A stretch of 64,000 nt of DNA from Azolla caroliniana (Eukaryota > Plantae > Polypodiophyta): NCBI GenBank assembly GCA_043228905.1, contig JBHGNT010000017.1, positions 7,688,001-7,752,000 on the forward strand. Reading direction: 5' to 3'. Below the pieces are notes generated by a model. The model had not been told where the DNA came from, did not search any database, and was given only the letters and a program-made list of their open reading frames with translations. Positions 23,527 through 36,700 of the stretch are shown one piece after another. A program made the position numbers and the translations under genes. How positions within the stretch are numbered: position 1 is the stretch's first letter; the number at the start of each line of letters is the position of its first letter.

Positions 23527-25070
23527 TGATGGAAGTAGATGTATAGATATGTGGAAGAGTGTGTGTGTGTGAGGACCTTCAAGAGATGTACAACAAACAA
23601 CACATATATGAAAGAAGATAAGAGACAGAAGACGAACACAACTTCAGAGCTTCAATGGAAGTTCTTATTTTCTCTATCTCGCTGCAACTCTTACACCACG
23701 AGAGCTCTCATTACAATGTTAGGTTTGAGCTTATATACTCAAGACCTAACTAGGGCACGTGTTCACACTATGGATACAAACTGGAAAGAGTCAGCCTTCC
23801 ATGCCAACAAACTCCCCCGTAAAAGGGCTACTCTTTCCTATGTATACAAATGATTTGGGGTTATCTCCCCCCTGAACCTAGATTACAAATCTAATCTTTA
23901 GTTACCAGTATACATACAAGAATGTCGGCATTCAGTTGAATTTGCAGAGGTAAAGTCGGGCTTTAGCCTTATTCGGGTAGTTATTCGGATTGTATGTCAT
24001 CTAGATCAGCTTGTCTGAGTAAGTTGGATCGATTAGTTCGAGTCAGAATATCTCCAAATCGGCTTGTTCTCCTACCTCCCCCTCGCAATTACTCTTGTGC
24101 TCCTCACTGGATCCTCGACCTGTCTGCTAGTTCATTTGCCTCTCGATCGTTTCCTCCCCAATCGATATCCTTGCTCAATGCTTCATCTTCAGCCTCTTGG
24201 CATTCCGATTCTTTTGACTTTGCCTTTTTGGCTTGTCCAATAGGGCAAATCTTTGACTTACCATCTACTCCTCATTCAGCTTTTGCGCAGTTGGTTGTCG
24301 TAGTCCCATCATTGTCCTTAGTGCTCCAAAGTGTTGTTCTGGGAGTTGCTTCGTTAGGCAATCAACGATATTCACCTCGGTGTCGATTTTCTAGACTTCG
24401 AGTTTCTTCTCTGTTACGAGCTCCCGTATATGATGAAACCATACTTCAATGTGTTTCGTCTTCACATGAAAGACTACATTTCGAGTGAGAACACGTTCGC
24501 ATTGTCGTGCCTTTCGGCGCCAAATCGTTGCTTGAGTCGGGTGGGAACCACTGGGGTTTTGGACTAGGAGGAGGAAGAATTTGAGACTAATTAGAATATA
24601 GATAGGTTGTAGGAAAGAGATATAGAAACCTCGTGAATCCCAAGAGTGTATTGTATTAGATTAATCAATATTAAGATAATAATATGAATTTAGATAGAAA
24701 GAGAAGAATATAGAAATCTCGTAAATCCCACGAGTATAGTTTATTTCGTGAATCTCACGAATATATTAATTGGTGTTTCAGGAAATATATCCAATTTCGA
24801 AATACTCCACGCCCTATTACATTGTGCTCCCCATCCTTATATAGTGTTGAGAGAGTCTTAATAATCCATGCTTTTTCTCTAACAATAGACTATATGCTTT
24901 TTCTAAAGTGATCTTGCTTTTTCTAACTTGATGCATTTTTATCAACTATAGTGTTCATGCACGCTAGATGTGCATGTGTAGCTTTTTCTTTTATCATGCG
25001 TTTTCTAAAGTTTATCCTAGTGTGCACTTAGCGTTCTATGTGGGACGTCTACTTTTTTAATATTAATGAT
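23527..25070 (-). mobile_element. LTR-like fragments and a gypsy-like 5' remnant
   Basis: LTR-like segments with minus-strand TATA at ~23730 and ~24835. PBS-like TTTGGCGCCGA on the minus strand at ~24514-24524, with degenerate low-complexity coding sequence between them. Boundaries are uncertain. Confidence 0.45.
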
Positions 25071-25074
25071 ATGT

Positions 25075-25145
25075 TAGTGTGATGGTAAGGCTTTACATTA
25101 TTAACATGGAGGTGCAATGTTCAAATCTTGCCCTATGCATGTAAT
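25075..25145 (+). mobile_element. Possible tRNA-derived SINE head
   Basis: A-box-like TAGTGTGATGGT and B-box-like TGTTCAAATC at tRNA-like spacing, followed by an AT-rich tail. Confidence 0.4.
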
Positions 25146-25164
25146 ATATATATTTATACTTTCT

Positions 25165-25295
25165 TCTATTTACAAATATGTCTCTTCATCCGATTAGAAA
25201 CTCTCACCGGCCTTCTTTATCCGGTTCTCACCGGATCTCCTTACCAGGTCCGGTCCTTATCGGTTCCTCCTTCCGGTTCTCACCGGGTACTCCAT
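25165..25295 (-). repeat. Fragment of the Tnt1-like copia LTR U3 repeat region
   Basis: Reverse complement resembles 22800-22965 (CCGGTGAGAACCGGATGA repeats, GACATATTTGTAAAT). Confidence 0.7.
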
Positions 25296-25349
25296 GTCCT
25301 ATCCAGAGAGACCAAAAATGCAATTTTTCATGTAGTGTGCGAATTACAC

Positions 25350-28210
25350 TACGACAGCGATCACAAGTGGAAGGATAAGGAATATTCCGTTTGATTTTGG
25401 GTTTTTTTTTGCCATTTCACAAAACAACTTGATACTGGTATCACATGTTCTCTAAAACTTGATGAAAAAGTTAAAAATTTCACCATTTGGTAAAATTGAA
25501 AAATGCCAAATTTTAGTCAAATACGAAAAGTAACTTTGTGTATTTTTAAAGAAAAATGATAACTAATAAGTTTTTAGATCTTAAAGAAATCAAAAGCAGA
25601 AGATTTCAAAACAATGAACGTTTTTATTTCATTCGATAAAATGTTGTCTAAATTTGTTACACATAGTTGCACAACAAATACATTTGGGAGTTATTTGCAT
25701 AAATATCATCATTCTTTTCATGAGAATCACTACTATAGATAATATACAATTGTGACTCTTCCTCCTCATTTTCAAATGTACCAATCAAATCATTGTCTTC
25801 ACCAAATGGTGTCTCCAAATTGTGTGCAGTAAATCTTCTTCACCTTTAATCTGAGATATCTTCTAGAGTTGGTAATATCTCTTTTATTATGTATATCGTT
25901 GTTGTCCTTAAACATCCAACTTTTGTCAGTGTAAAGTCATACACAATGATATCCACCTAACTAATGTCAATGATAGATGTATTACAAAGGTTTAATGCAT
26001 CATCACGTCCAAAACTTTACCAATACAGAATTGGCACCCTAGCTCATGGCCATCTACATGTTTAGTTATTAATATCCCCACCTTGAGTTCTTGCAAGTTT
26101 CCTTGTCACCTAAGTTTTCATCCTTTGTTCCACATAAATGTGTCTCTGTAGTAGATGAACCAAACTATGAAGATCAACATTAAGTGCTTAAAGTGGTCAT
26201 TGAGAACCACGAGAATACTTTATAGACCATGTAAATGACATTTGCAAGGTTCAATTACCATCAACACAATTATTAATGGTATTTTGTTAATCAATGATGC
26301 ACATGTTCACCATAAGGTATCTTGTTATGCAACATACATCTTTGTAGTACCGATATGCATCATTTTCTCTTGTAAAAACATAGATTTCAATATAATTTGA
26401 GTTAATGTTTAAAAAACCTCTTTTATTTGAAAAACAAGAATATTTTTAAACATGAACTCGATATGTTGTATCGAGTTGATGTAAAAAAACAGAGTTTTGG
26501 TCATAAATCTATACAATGTATTGAATTCATGTTTAAAGTTTTAATACCGGATTTTAAAGAAATTAATAATAATAAGTTCAGCTTGAGTTCATATAAAAAC
26601 CAAATTTTTCATCACAATTTGATAGAATGTATCGAGTTCGTGTTTAAAGTATATTTTTCAAAAAAAATTCAAAATTTTTTGTTTTTTTTATTTTTTTCAA
26701 TTTTTCTTATGGAAAAAATAATCATTTTAAACATGAATACGGTACATTGTATCGATTTGTAATGAAAACTATGGTTTTTTCATCATTTATTAAAGCTCAA
26801 AACAAAATTTCAAAAAAAACAACAAAAACCAAAATAAATAAGAAAAAAAAAAAAAGTTTTTTTTTTTAAAAACCCCCCAAAAAAGCTTTAAACAGGTTAG
26901 CTTTGGAACACGAACTCGAGTTCGTGTTGAAAAGCTAACTTTTTGACATGAACTCGATACAATGTATCGAGTTCATGTTTAAAGTTTTATTTCGGGTTTT
27001 TTTTTTAATTTCTTTTTTTCTATTTATTTTGGTTTTTTTTTTCTGAGCTTTTTAATAAATGATGAGAAAAACAGAGTTTTCATCACAAGTCGATATAATG
27101 TATCAAATTCATGTTTCAAATTAATTTTTTTCCATAAATAAAATTGAAAAAAATCAAAAAAGTTTTAAAAACAAATTAGAAAAATATACTTTAAACATGA
27201 ACTCGATACATTGTATCAAATTGTGATGAAAAATCTGGTTTTTATATCAACTCAAGCTTAACTCAAGCTCAAATCCGGTAAAACAAACATTGAACATGAA
27301 TTCAATACATTGTATGGAATTATGTTCAAAACTCTATTTTTTACATCAACTCGATACAACATATCGAGTTCATATTTAAAAAACTTCTTGTTTTTCAAAT
27401 AAAAGAGGTTTTTTAAACATGAACTCAAATTATACTGAAATCTATGTTTTTACAAGAGAAAAAGATACATATCGATACTGCAAAGATGTATGTTACACAA
27501 CAAGATACTTATGGTGAACATGTGCTTCATTGATTAGCAAAAAAACATTAATAATTGTATTGATGGTAATTGAACTTCGCAAATGCCATTTACTTCACAA
27601 ATTTTGTAGGGGAATTCTCAAAAGGAAGAAGAGGATAACATTGTAGATACCCTGATAACTATGTGATATGTCGAAATTGATATATTAATGTTCACATCTA
27701 AAGTTTGACAGTTTTGATAGTTTCTGAATATCATCTACATTTTAGGAGTTGTGGATTTATCAAAATTGTTTATGAATATTGTCTACATTTCCTTAGTTGT
27801 TAATTATGGATGTTAATGAGCACTAAATTTATAGATGATGACATTAAGGATTGCAATGTTACCTCTTATACTGAAAACATTTTCAAGTCTAACAAAAGAT
27901 GTAATCTTAATCTCATCAAGATGGTGAAACCATTAATCTTAACTTGTGCCTTGAGTTAACCATTGTGATTTTCTTTAAGTTAACTACATTTCATATATGC
28001 AAACCATCAACATTTAAACATTATTGAAAAACTATTCAATTTTAGAAATTATCATTTTGAAACTTTTTAAATCTCAAAAAATTAGTAAATTTGACATGTT
28101 ATTTAAAACATGTGATACTAGTGTATCAAGTTTTTGAAAATTGTCTAAAATCGCAAGATTATAAAAGGAATCTATAAATAGAATGCGTGATCCTTCCACT
28201 TGTGAACACG
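25350..28210. mobile_element. Degenerate terminal-inverted-repeat DNA element hosting the foldback palindrome
   Basis: Inverted matches CACAAGTGGAAGGAT (25362-25377) / ATCCTTCCACTTGTG (28190-28204) and ACTTGATAC..GTATCACATGTT (~25427) / AACATGTGATAC..GTATCAAGT (~28107). No TSD was identified. Confidence 0.5.
26231..27593. repeat. ~1.36 kb foldback inverted repeat built from smaller palindromic units
   Basis: Arm 26231-~26894 is the reverse complement of ~26975-27593. The internal unit AAACATGAACTCGATACAATGTATCGAGTTCATGTTT is itself palindromic and recurs about 9-10 times. Confidence 0.92.
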
Positions 28211-28249
28211 AACGTGTTTGAGGTGTATTGCACTCTGAGAGTCACAATA

Positions 28250-28564
28250 GATGGTCGACGCTGGGTAGTCGATTTGACTTGTCGCTTAGAAGTCGGCTGA
28301 TAGTTGGTGCAACCAGATGGCTGCCTCTGATGTTGTTATGTACTCAGCCTCTGTGGTAGACAGGGTCATGCACTCTGGAAGCTTGGACCTCCATGATATG
28401 GCCCATCCGCCATAGGTAAAAAGATAATCTGATGTCGACTTTCGATTATCTCTGTTTCCAACATAGTCAGAGTCGGTATAGCCTTAGACTTTGGTCGGAT
28501 TTGCCGATGCGAAAGTCAGTTGTACATCTTGAGTTCCTCTTAGGTACCTGAAGATGTGCTTGAC
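28250..28564 (-). pseudogene. Copia RT/RNase H fragment
   Basis: Reverse translation gives GYTDSDYVGNRDNRKSTSDYLFTYGGWAISWRSKL..TLSTTEAEY. Confidence 0.85.
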
Positions 28565-29238
28565 GGCCTCCGGATCGAGGTGCCAACCCCAATCCTAATT
28601 TATTGTGGCAATGTTGTCGTGAAGATTTTCGGCAATGGTATGAAAATTGTGTGCAACGAATGAAATCGAGAAGGTGCAATGAGCACGTGTAAAAGGGGTG
28701 AAGGCCACACGCATATGCTAGCATGTTGTAAATAGGATTGAAATGAGAATCGTAAAAGAAAAGCTAGATGTAAAGTTAAACATGTGCACGTGTGATGTGC
28801 CCTCAATTGTAAATATAAAAATAAGCCTAAAGCCTTGTAACATGTAACATCTAACTGCATTCATAGGGGTGGAAGCACGGCTTGAACCTTGCACCTCCAA
28901 GATAGGAAACAAATTAACTTAGCACTAAAGCCACTATTGAGTGCTTTAGAATTTGTATATTTTCTTTTTCATATTCAGTATTTTGTAGGAAGCAAACATA
29001 TAGAAACCGTGGGCACAAAACCATGGTTTTAGCCCGTGGTTTTAACCCATGGTTTCAGCTTGTGGGTTTAGCCCATGGTTTTTGCATGGAGAGACCTATA
29101 AAAGCCTATAGTTGGGCTAGTGTAAGGAGGCAAGTGAGGTAAGTAAAAAAAAAGAAACTTTTAATCAAAGATCGGAGTTATCCTAATGGTGATGTATCTT
29201 GTCTCGTAAAACTAAAGTCAAGGGTTTAATCTCTATCT

Positions 29239-29278
<40 letters not shown>

Positions 29279-32200
29279 TCAATACTTTCTCGCTTACACT
29301 GCTAAAAACATCGAATCCTTCCAGTCCAGGACCCCGGTGGTTCCGCTTCATTTCGCGAACACGCGAGGATTTCCTCTACATCTTTACTTGGTGAACCCGA
29401 CGTGAAAGAGGCGGTAGGAAGGATCAAGTCGAGGATCGACCGATACTTGGAGATGGCATCCTCAATCGTGGGAGAGTTCGAAAGGATGATGATAATCTTC
29501 GAACAAATGATGAGATCTCGAGACAATGATGCGAGCATGGAGAAAGTTGTCGACCATGTCGTGGAGCTCGAGGGTCAATTTGACGGAAGGAACATTATGA
29601 AGTTCCTTGATGCATACAGAAGGGAGATGAATCAGAGGGACGTGTCTAAAGTGCATCAAATCACAAGTTTCAAGAGAGTTGTAACTTGTCGCCAACAACA
29701 TCCAAAGGCGGGTCATCAAGCTTCAAGAAGGAAGTCAACGTGGTCGGATTTCTAGAAAGGAATATTAGCGGAGTTCGCGACCGAGGATTTGTCGAGGATG
29801 ACTTGACATGTCTTGATGAAGTGGATAGAGAAGAAAAATAAGAAGATGAGTTCATCAAGGGTGTACGACGAGTTTGACCAGATGTTTAATCATCTCCCCA
29901 ACACGGACCAAGTGCTACTTGAGGAGGACAAGACTTTGTACTTCTTGAAAGCTGTGGACATGAAGGATAGATGAGAATTGGGGACTCTTCTCGAAGATGA
30001 TACCCAAGTGAACGGGCTTGTGGTGGATTGGGTTGCGGTGAAGCGAGCATGCAACAAGATCGACAGGCGTCATCAATGGCTTGATGACATTGACTTGGTA
30101 AGGCCAAGGGTAGAAACATCAAGACCACCTAAAGAAGTCGAGCCGCCTAAACAAAGCAACCTACATGAAAAGAAGATTGATGATGACTCGAGGATGGAGA
30201 AGTCCACTTTGAGGGAGGATGAATGTTTCGGAACACGCGTCATGTTCGAAACATCAGATGATGAAGGAGAACGCCTAATCGAAGCTTGCATCAATGGAGA
30301 TAAAGAGTGCGAATCTAGTGTAATTGAGGATCTAGCCGCTAAAGACGACATCGAGGAGGTGACTATGAACAAGACAACAAGCGTTGACAACAATCACGAT
30401 CGGATTTTCTCCACACATGTTCCGGAGATATGGGCAGTTGCATCAAAGAACCAATATGAGACCCAAGAGACAGAAGGTGTCGGCGAGGGGCCGAAGGTCG
30501 AAAAGAATACACAACGAAGAGAGAAGCATAATCGAAGCTTGCTCGATCAAGAGGGTCAATGGGTATGAGGCCCATGAGATTGAAGAGATAGCCATAAGAA
30601 ATGACATCAAGTCAGAGGTGGCTATGAAAGAATTAATGGCAGATGGCCACATCGAGGATTCCTTCACACAAGTTCTAGAGACTTGGGCAATTGCAGAGAG
30701 CCAACGTGAGACCCAAGAGATAGAAGGTGGTAGTAAGGAGAAGGACCAAGATGGTGTGCACAACATCGAGGCGAAGATAGATTTCGACGAGTCGATGGTG
30801 AATGATGGCAGTGGCAAGACTTTCCCCTCACTAGTTCTAGAGACTTGGGCAGTTGCATCCGAGAACCAACAGAAGACCCAAGAGACGGAAGGTGGCAACA
30901 AGGGGGAGTTCCAATCTAATGTGAAAGATGACATCAAGACAAAGGTGTCGAAGGCGATTGACCAAAGACAAATGGATTCCTTTGCACATGTTCTAGAGAC
31001 TTAGGTAGTTGTGGTTCAAAGCCAACATGAGACCCAAGAGACAGAAGGTGATGGCGGGAAGTAAAGGTTCAAGCCGATGCAAATAACGATGTCGGGGTGT
31101 GGCCGACAAATACATATGGATCTCTCCACACTCGTTCTAGAGACTTGGGCATTAACCGATGTATGACCCAAGAGAAGGACAGTGACGACGAGGAAGCAAG
31201 GGTCGAAGTTGATGTGTGGGGGAAAGAGGCCAAGCAAAGCACAACAAAAAAAGACGAGGGCCAAGTGGGCCAAGAAGATTTGAAGGGTATTCCTCAAGAT
31301 ATTGATGTAACATTCAACTTGAAGGCGGACACTATCATTAAGATCGAGGAATCGATGGAGAACTCTGACATAAGAAGAAACCACAAAGATGGACGAAGTG
31401 GGAAGCATGAAAAATGGTCGCATAAGGATCTCGGCGTGGGCATACACTTGAAGACACTACATGGGGTATTCAATGTCATTATTCGAATAATGACTTGTGG
31501 AGGAAGACCGAAAACAAAACTATATGATGGGTTAAAGTGCCTTGACCAAGGAGATGGTCAGAACGAAGGTGGAACATGCATAAAGCCTAAATGGTTATGC
31601 TCGGAAGGAGAACAAGGGGCCATGACAACTGATCATGCTAAAGCAAAGAATGAGCGAATGATATGGTGGATTGGGTGGCAACAATGGTTCGAGTGAAGGA
31701 AATGGAGATGCTCAGAAAAAAAACAAAAAACAAAAAACGTACTAATCACCGTAGCCGAAATCTCACACTCTCTCTTCTTGGCACGTACCGGAGGACGTGC
31801 GGTTTGGTGGGGGTGGATGCCGTGAAGATTTTCGGCAATGGTATGAAAATTGTGTGCAACGAACGAAATCGAGAAGGTGCAATGTGCACATGTAAAAGGG
31901 GTGAAGGCCACACGCATATGCTAGCATGTTGTAAATAGGATTGAAATGAGAATCGTAAAAGAAAAGCTAGATGTAAAGTTAAACATGTGCACGTGTGACG
32001 TGCGCTCAATTGTAAATATAAAAATAAAACTAAAGCCTAGTAACATCTACGTGCATACATAGGGGTGGAAGCAAGGCTTGAACCTTTCACCTCCAAGATA
32101 GGAAACAAATTAACTTAGCACTAAAGCCACTACTGAGTGCTTTAGAATTTGTATATTTTCTTTTTCATATTCAGTATTTTGTAGGAAGCAAACATATAGA

Positions 32201-33725
32201 AACCGTGGGCACAAAACCATGGTTTTAGGCTGTGGTTTTAACCCATGGTTTCAGCTTGTGGGTTTAGCCCATGGTTTTTGCATGGAGAGACCTATAAAAG
32301 CCTATAGTTGGGCTTGTGTAAGGAGGTAAGTGATGTAAGTAAAAAAAAGAAACTTTTAATCAAAGATCGGAGTTATCCTAATGGTGATGTATCTTGTCTC
32401 GTAAAACTAAAGTCAAGGGTTCAATCTCTATCTCAATCTTTCTCTCTCTCTTCATCCATCTATCTATCTTCAATACTTTCTCGGGGTCCTGCTTCATTTC
32501 GCGAACACGCGAGGATTTCCTCGACAACGTAAGCAGCATACAGCTCGCCAAGAACCCTATATTCCATGCTCGGACAAAGCACATAGAAGTGCATTATCAC
32601 TTTGTTCGTGAGCGGGTTCTGAACGGTGAAGTTGAATTTCTATATGTTCACACGGATCGGCAGGTTGCTGAGATCTTCACCAAGCCACTCGGATTGGACA
32701 AGTGGCAGCATTTTTCAGAGATGCTCAGCATTATGCATCTTGATGTGCCGCACTTGAGGGGGAGAACAGGAACGGCAACGGATGGCACCGGACAAGGAGC
32801 TAGAAAGGAAGAAAGAACCAAGGGGGGAGATGAGCAGATAAAGGAAGCCAAGCCGACCGAAGGAGTCGGCACATCCGAACAAGTCGGAGCAAGCGGCAGC
32901 GGCAGCAGTGTCAAGAAGGACAGAGACGACCAGAAGAAGGCCAAGACCCGGGCGTGGTTCGATGTGGTGAAGTGATGGAACGAATCGGAGGAAGCCGATT
33001 CGATTCAACAGTTGGATTCGGAAGAGCCGAATCAACTAAAGGCCAAGCGGACAAGAAGGCAGCGGAAGTCAGCACTGACACGGACGAACCGTGTGGTTCG
33101 ACAAGCGTCGAAGTCATAGGAGCAAAGGAGTTGAGATGGGCCCACTGAGCAGACAAGCCGACCAAGGAGGACGAGGTGCACAGAATTGGACGGGTCGTGG
33201 GAAGCAGAACCGGCCCGGATGAGGAGCGCAAGCAAGGCGGGAGGACGTCAGAAGGAGCCTGAGGAAAGGACCGACTACTGCAGACACTGACACCACGATC
33301 CGACCTCAAGTTGAGCTTGAGGGGGAGTGTTGAGTGAGCAAGCTCAACCGGATCTGAATCGGCTAAATAAGCCAGAGCCGGATCAGTATCCGGAATGGAG
33401 AACCGCATCGGTGTCCGGATGATATATGGAACCCGGAGCAGGATCGGATTGAAACTAGTATACCGTTAGAGGCCTACGGATCCGGCCTGGTACATAGGCA
33501 TATTTTTGGGAGTCAGTGACAGTTGCTCATATGAGCATTGAAGTACCTGTCAGTACTTCTGTCAGTCCTTTATGGACTTGTATAAAAGCGCTCTCTAAGC
33601 ACATTCTATGTACACAAAGGATTATTATTTTGGAATAGAGTTTTATGTTCTGCACTCTCTCTGTCTCTCCCGTGCTAAATGTTCTCAAGCTTCCATTGAA
33701 CCTGTGTTTTCTATTCTCTGTTTCT
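28565..33725 (+). mobile_element. 3' end of a copia element (RNase H tail, PPT, 3' LTR from 33328), interrupted by the 28615-32526 element
   Basis: Joining 28565-28614 to 32531 onwards gives ILIYCGNV-SSIQLAKNPIFHARTKHIEVHYHF. The PPT TTGAGGGGGAG precedes TG at 33328. The LTR is homologous to 16377-16776. Confidence 0.87.
28615..32526 (+). mobile_element. Non-autonomous LTR retrotransposon (gag-like plus acidic repeats, no pol), tRNA-Trp PBS, 4-bp TSD
   Basis: LTRs at 28615-29380 and 31818-32526. PBS TGGTGAACCCGACGTGA at 29389-29405 and a G-rich PPT at ~31801-31817. TSD ATGT/ACGT. Gag-like FDGRNIMKFLDAY and five VLETWA...TQE.EG repeats. Confidence 0.88.
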
Positions 33726-36700
33726 TGTTATCGCTAGGGTCGGACGATGGCCTAACACAAGGTGTCTCCTTGAGACACTTCACCAAAGTGTGTTGCGGTG
33801 AGATAGAGTTAGACTGACTATTAACGGATCCTTAATGAGTTACTAGTGGCAATATCATTAGTCACAATACACACGTAGGTGAAAAGAATACCATGCGGAA
33901 GCAATAGAAAACCAACACAGAAAATACGCAGGTTTAATGGAGAGCTTGAGTATACACAGTACGCGGGAGAGACAGAGAGAGAGAACACACAAATAATACT
34001 CAATCTGTACATACATTGTGCTCAGCGAGCACCTTTTATACAAGCCCTAACAATAGGGCTAACACAAGTACTGACAGTACTTGACTGCTCATAAATGAGC
34101 CTCAATACTCACTCCCAAAATTATTCCTTACGAGGAATATCTCACTAATGATCTTTCGGTTTACGCACCGATACGACCAGGTTGTGCGTACTAATTTAAG
34201 CACCCAGTCTACGCACTGGGTTACGCATCGTATTAGGCACGAATGTTGAGCTTGTCTCTCAACACTCCCCCTCAAGCTCAACTTGAGGTTCCACCTGCTC
34301 CTTCTGGCTTCACGCCTCGCTCGCGCTCCTCAACCCATTTGATTCTGCGCGCCTCGACCCTTCCGGTCGGCTTGTCTGCTTACACAGCCCTTCTCAGCTT
34401 CCTTGTTGTTGCGGTGTTGGCGCCTCTTCTGCTGCCTTCTCTTCCGCTTGGCCCTTGGTTGATTCAGCGTATCCAAATCAAACATCCAAACCGACTCGAC
34501 TTCCTTCGATCGGTTTTCACTCTCGTCCAAGTTGGTTGTCTCCAACTCGTCTTCAGTCTTCTCGCCCTTGATGTCTTCGTCTCCCCCACACTTAGTTGGC
34601 TTCAGCTCTTTCTTTCGACTGCTCCCCTTATGTCCACTTTCGGACTCTTCCGCGGATCCACCCTCGGCTTCTTCAGCCGATCCGAAATCAAATTCGTTAT
34701 CCGACTTGGCGTCACGGTCTTTTCCGCTCCTTTCCTACTCCCTTCCCTGGTCATCATGGACGTCTCTCCCCCTCAAGTTCGGCATGTCGAGGTGACACAA
34801 CCCAAGTGCACCCGAGAATTGCCGCAACTTGTCCAGACCAAGGGGCTTGGTGAAGATGTCGGCGTTCTGCCGATCTGTCGGAACATACTGAAGTTCAACT
34901 TCACCGGAGAGGACACGCTCACGGACGAAATGGTAGTGCACCTCAATGTGCTTAGTCCGAGCGTGGAAGACGAGGTTCTTAGCTAGTTGGATGTTGCTGA
35001 GGTTGTTGCAATAGATTGTCGTTGGATCGGATACCTCCACCTGCAGATCCTTAAGTAGCCGCTTTAACCATATGGCTTCACACGTCGCGACAACCACTCC
35101 TCTATACTCGGCTTTAGTGCTCGACAGCGCAACTGTCGGCTGCTTCTTGCTACTCCACGCGATCGCAGCACTCCCAAGAGGGAACGCGAAACCGGATGTG
35201 GATCGACGATCACCGGCATTTCTGGCCCAATCAGCATCGGTGTAACCGACCAACTGTGCGGTAGTATCGGTCCGATATAGTAGCCCCGAGTCCTTAGTGC
35301 CACTAACGTACCAGAGTATGCGTTGTGCACACTGAAGGTGCTCCTCGGTCGGTCGTGCCATGAACTGACTAATCACCCCGACCGGGTAGCTGAGATCTGG
35401 TCGGGTGATGGTCAAGTATATAAGGCTTTCGACTATCTATCAGAACCTCGTTGGATCGCATACCTTGCCGGAATCGGGGCGAAGCTTGACGGTTCTATCC
35501 GGAGGAGTCGAGATGGACTTACAGTCGGCCATCCCGAATATGAAGAGCATACTCAGCACGTAATGTCGTTGGCTGATCAGTATGCCTTCAGGGGTGCGGA
35601 TCACTTCGATCCCTAGGAAGTAACGAAGGTCCCCCAGGTCCTTCATGTCAAATGATGCCGCGAGCTGGAGCTTTACGCGGTCAATTTCCCCAAGGTCGGC
35701 GCTGATCATGACCAAGTCATCAACATAAAGTAAAATACTAACCAGCCCGAGTCAACCTTTCCGGATGAACAGGGAGGAGTCCGATTTTGACGTCGCAAAG
35801 CCCATCCGACGCAATCGTTGCATGATCTTTGCATTCCAGGCACGCGAGTCTTGCTTTAGTCCATAAAGGGACTTCTTCAATTGGCACACCGCCGAGGTGT
35901 TCGTTCCGGAGTGAAATCCAGGGGGTTGTGCCATGTACACCTATTCCTCAAACTCACCTTGCAGGAACACATTCTTTACATCCATCTGATGTAAGTGCCA
36001 CCCCTTTGCCGCAACTACCGCGAGCAAAACACGGACAATCGTCATCTTCGCTACCGATGCAAATGTCTCATTGTAGTCGATGTCGTGTTTCTGCGCGTAA
36101 CCTTTCGCTACTAACCGGGCCTTGTATTGGTTAACCGGGCTGTCGGTGTTGTACTTGACCTTGTACACCGACCTACACCTGATTGGCTTCACACCTTTCG
36201 ATGCATCAACCAGGTACCAAGTTTCATTCTCCGCCAATGCACGCATCCCTTCCTCCATTGCGGCGCACGCCAATTCACGTCCTTCGCCGCTTCTGTGTAG
36301 CTCTCTGGCTCACGCACTTCCGCTACACGGGTCATGTATGCATAGTGATGCGCCATGTACTCGTTGTATCCGAACCGCCCGAACCGCACAACAGAGTTCT
36401 TCTGGCGGGTAGATCGGTGTAATTGCTCATTAGCCGAAGTTGAGGCTTTCTTGGCCGACGCGGACTTCGCTATCGAAGACCCGTCATCACTTCCCTCAGA
36501 GTCGAACTCACGTCGATCTGACTCGTTCCTATCCGTGCCGTAATCCGACACCTTCTTCCCTTTTTCCTTGCGCGTAAGCCGTCTCCTCGGCTTCCTACGC
36601 GGGGAATGCACGGCCGAGTCTCCACTACTCGTCAGCTCTTCATCGGATTGGTCGAACTGACTCAGTCGTCCATCCGATCCGCTTACCCGAAACGAAATCG

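Noticed and set aside
26440-27380. Palindromic repeats separated by variable stretches (CRISPR- or attC-like)
   Set aside because: The intervening sequences are A/T tracts mirrored in the opposite arm, so the foldback element explains them.
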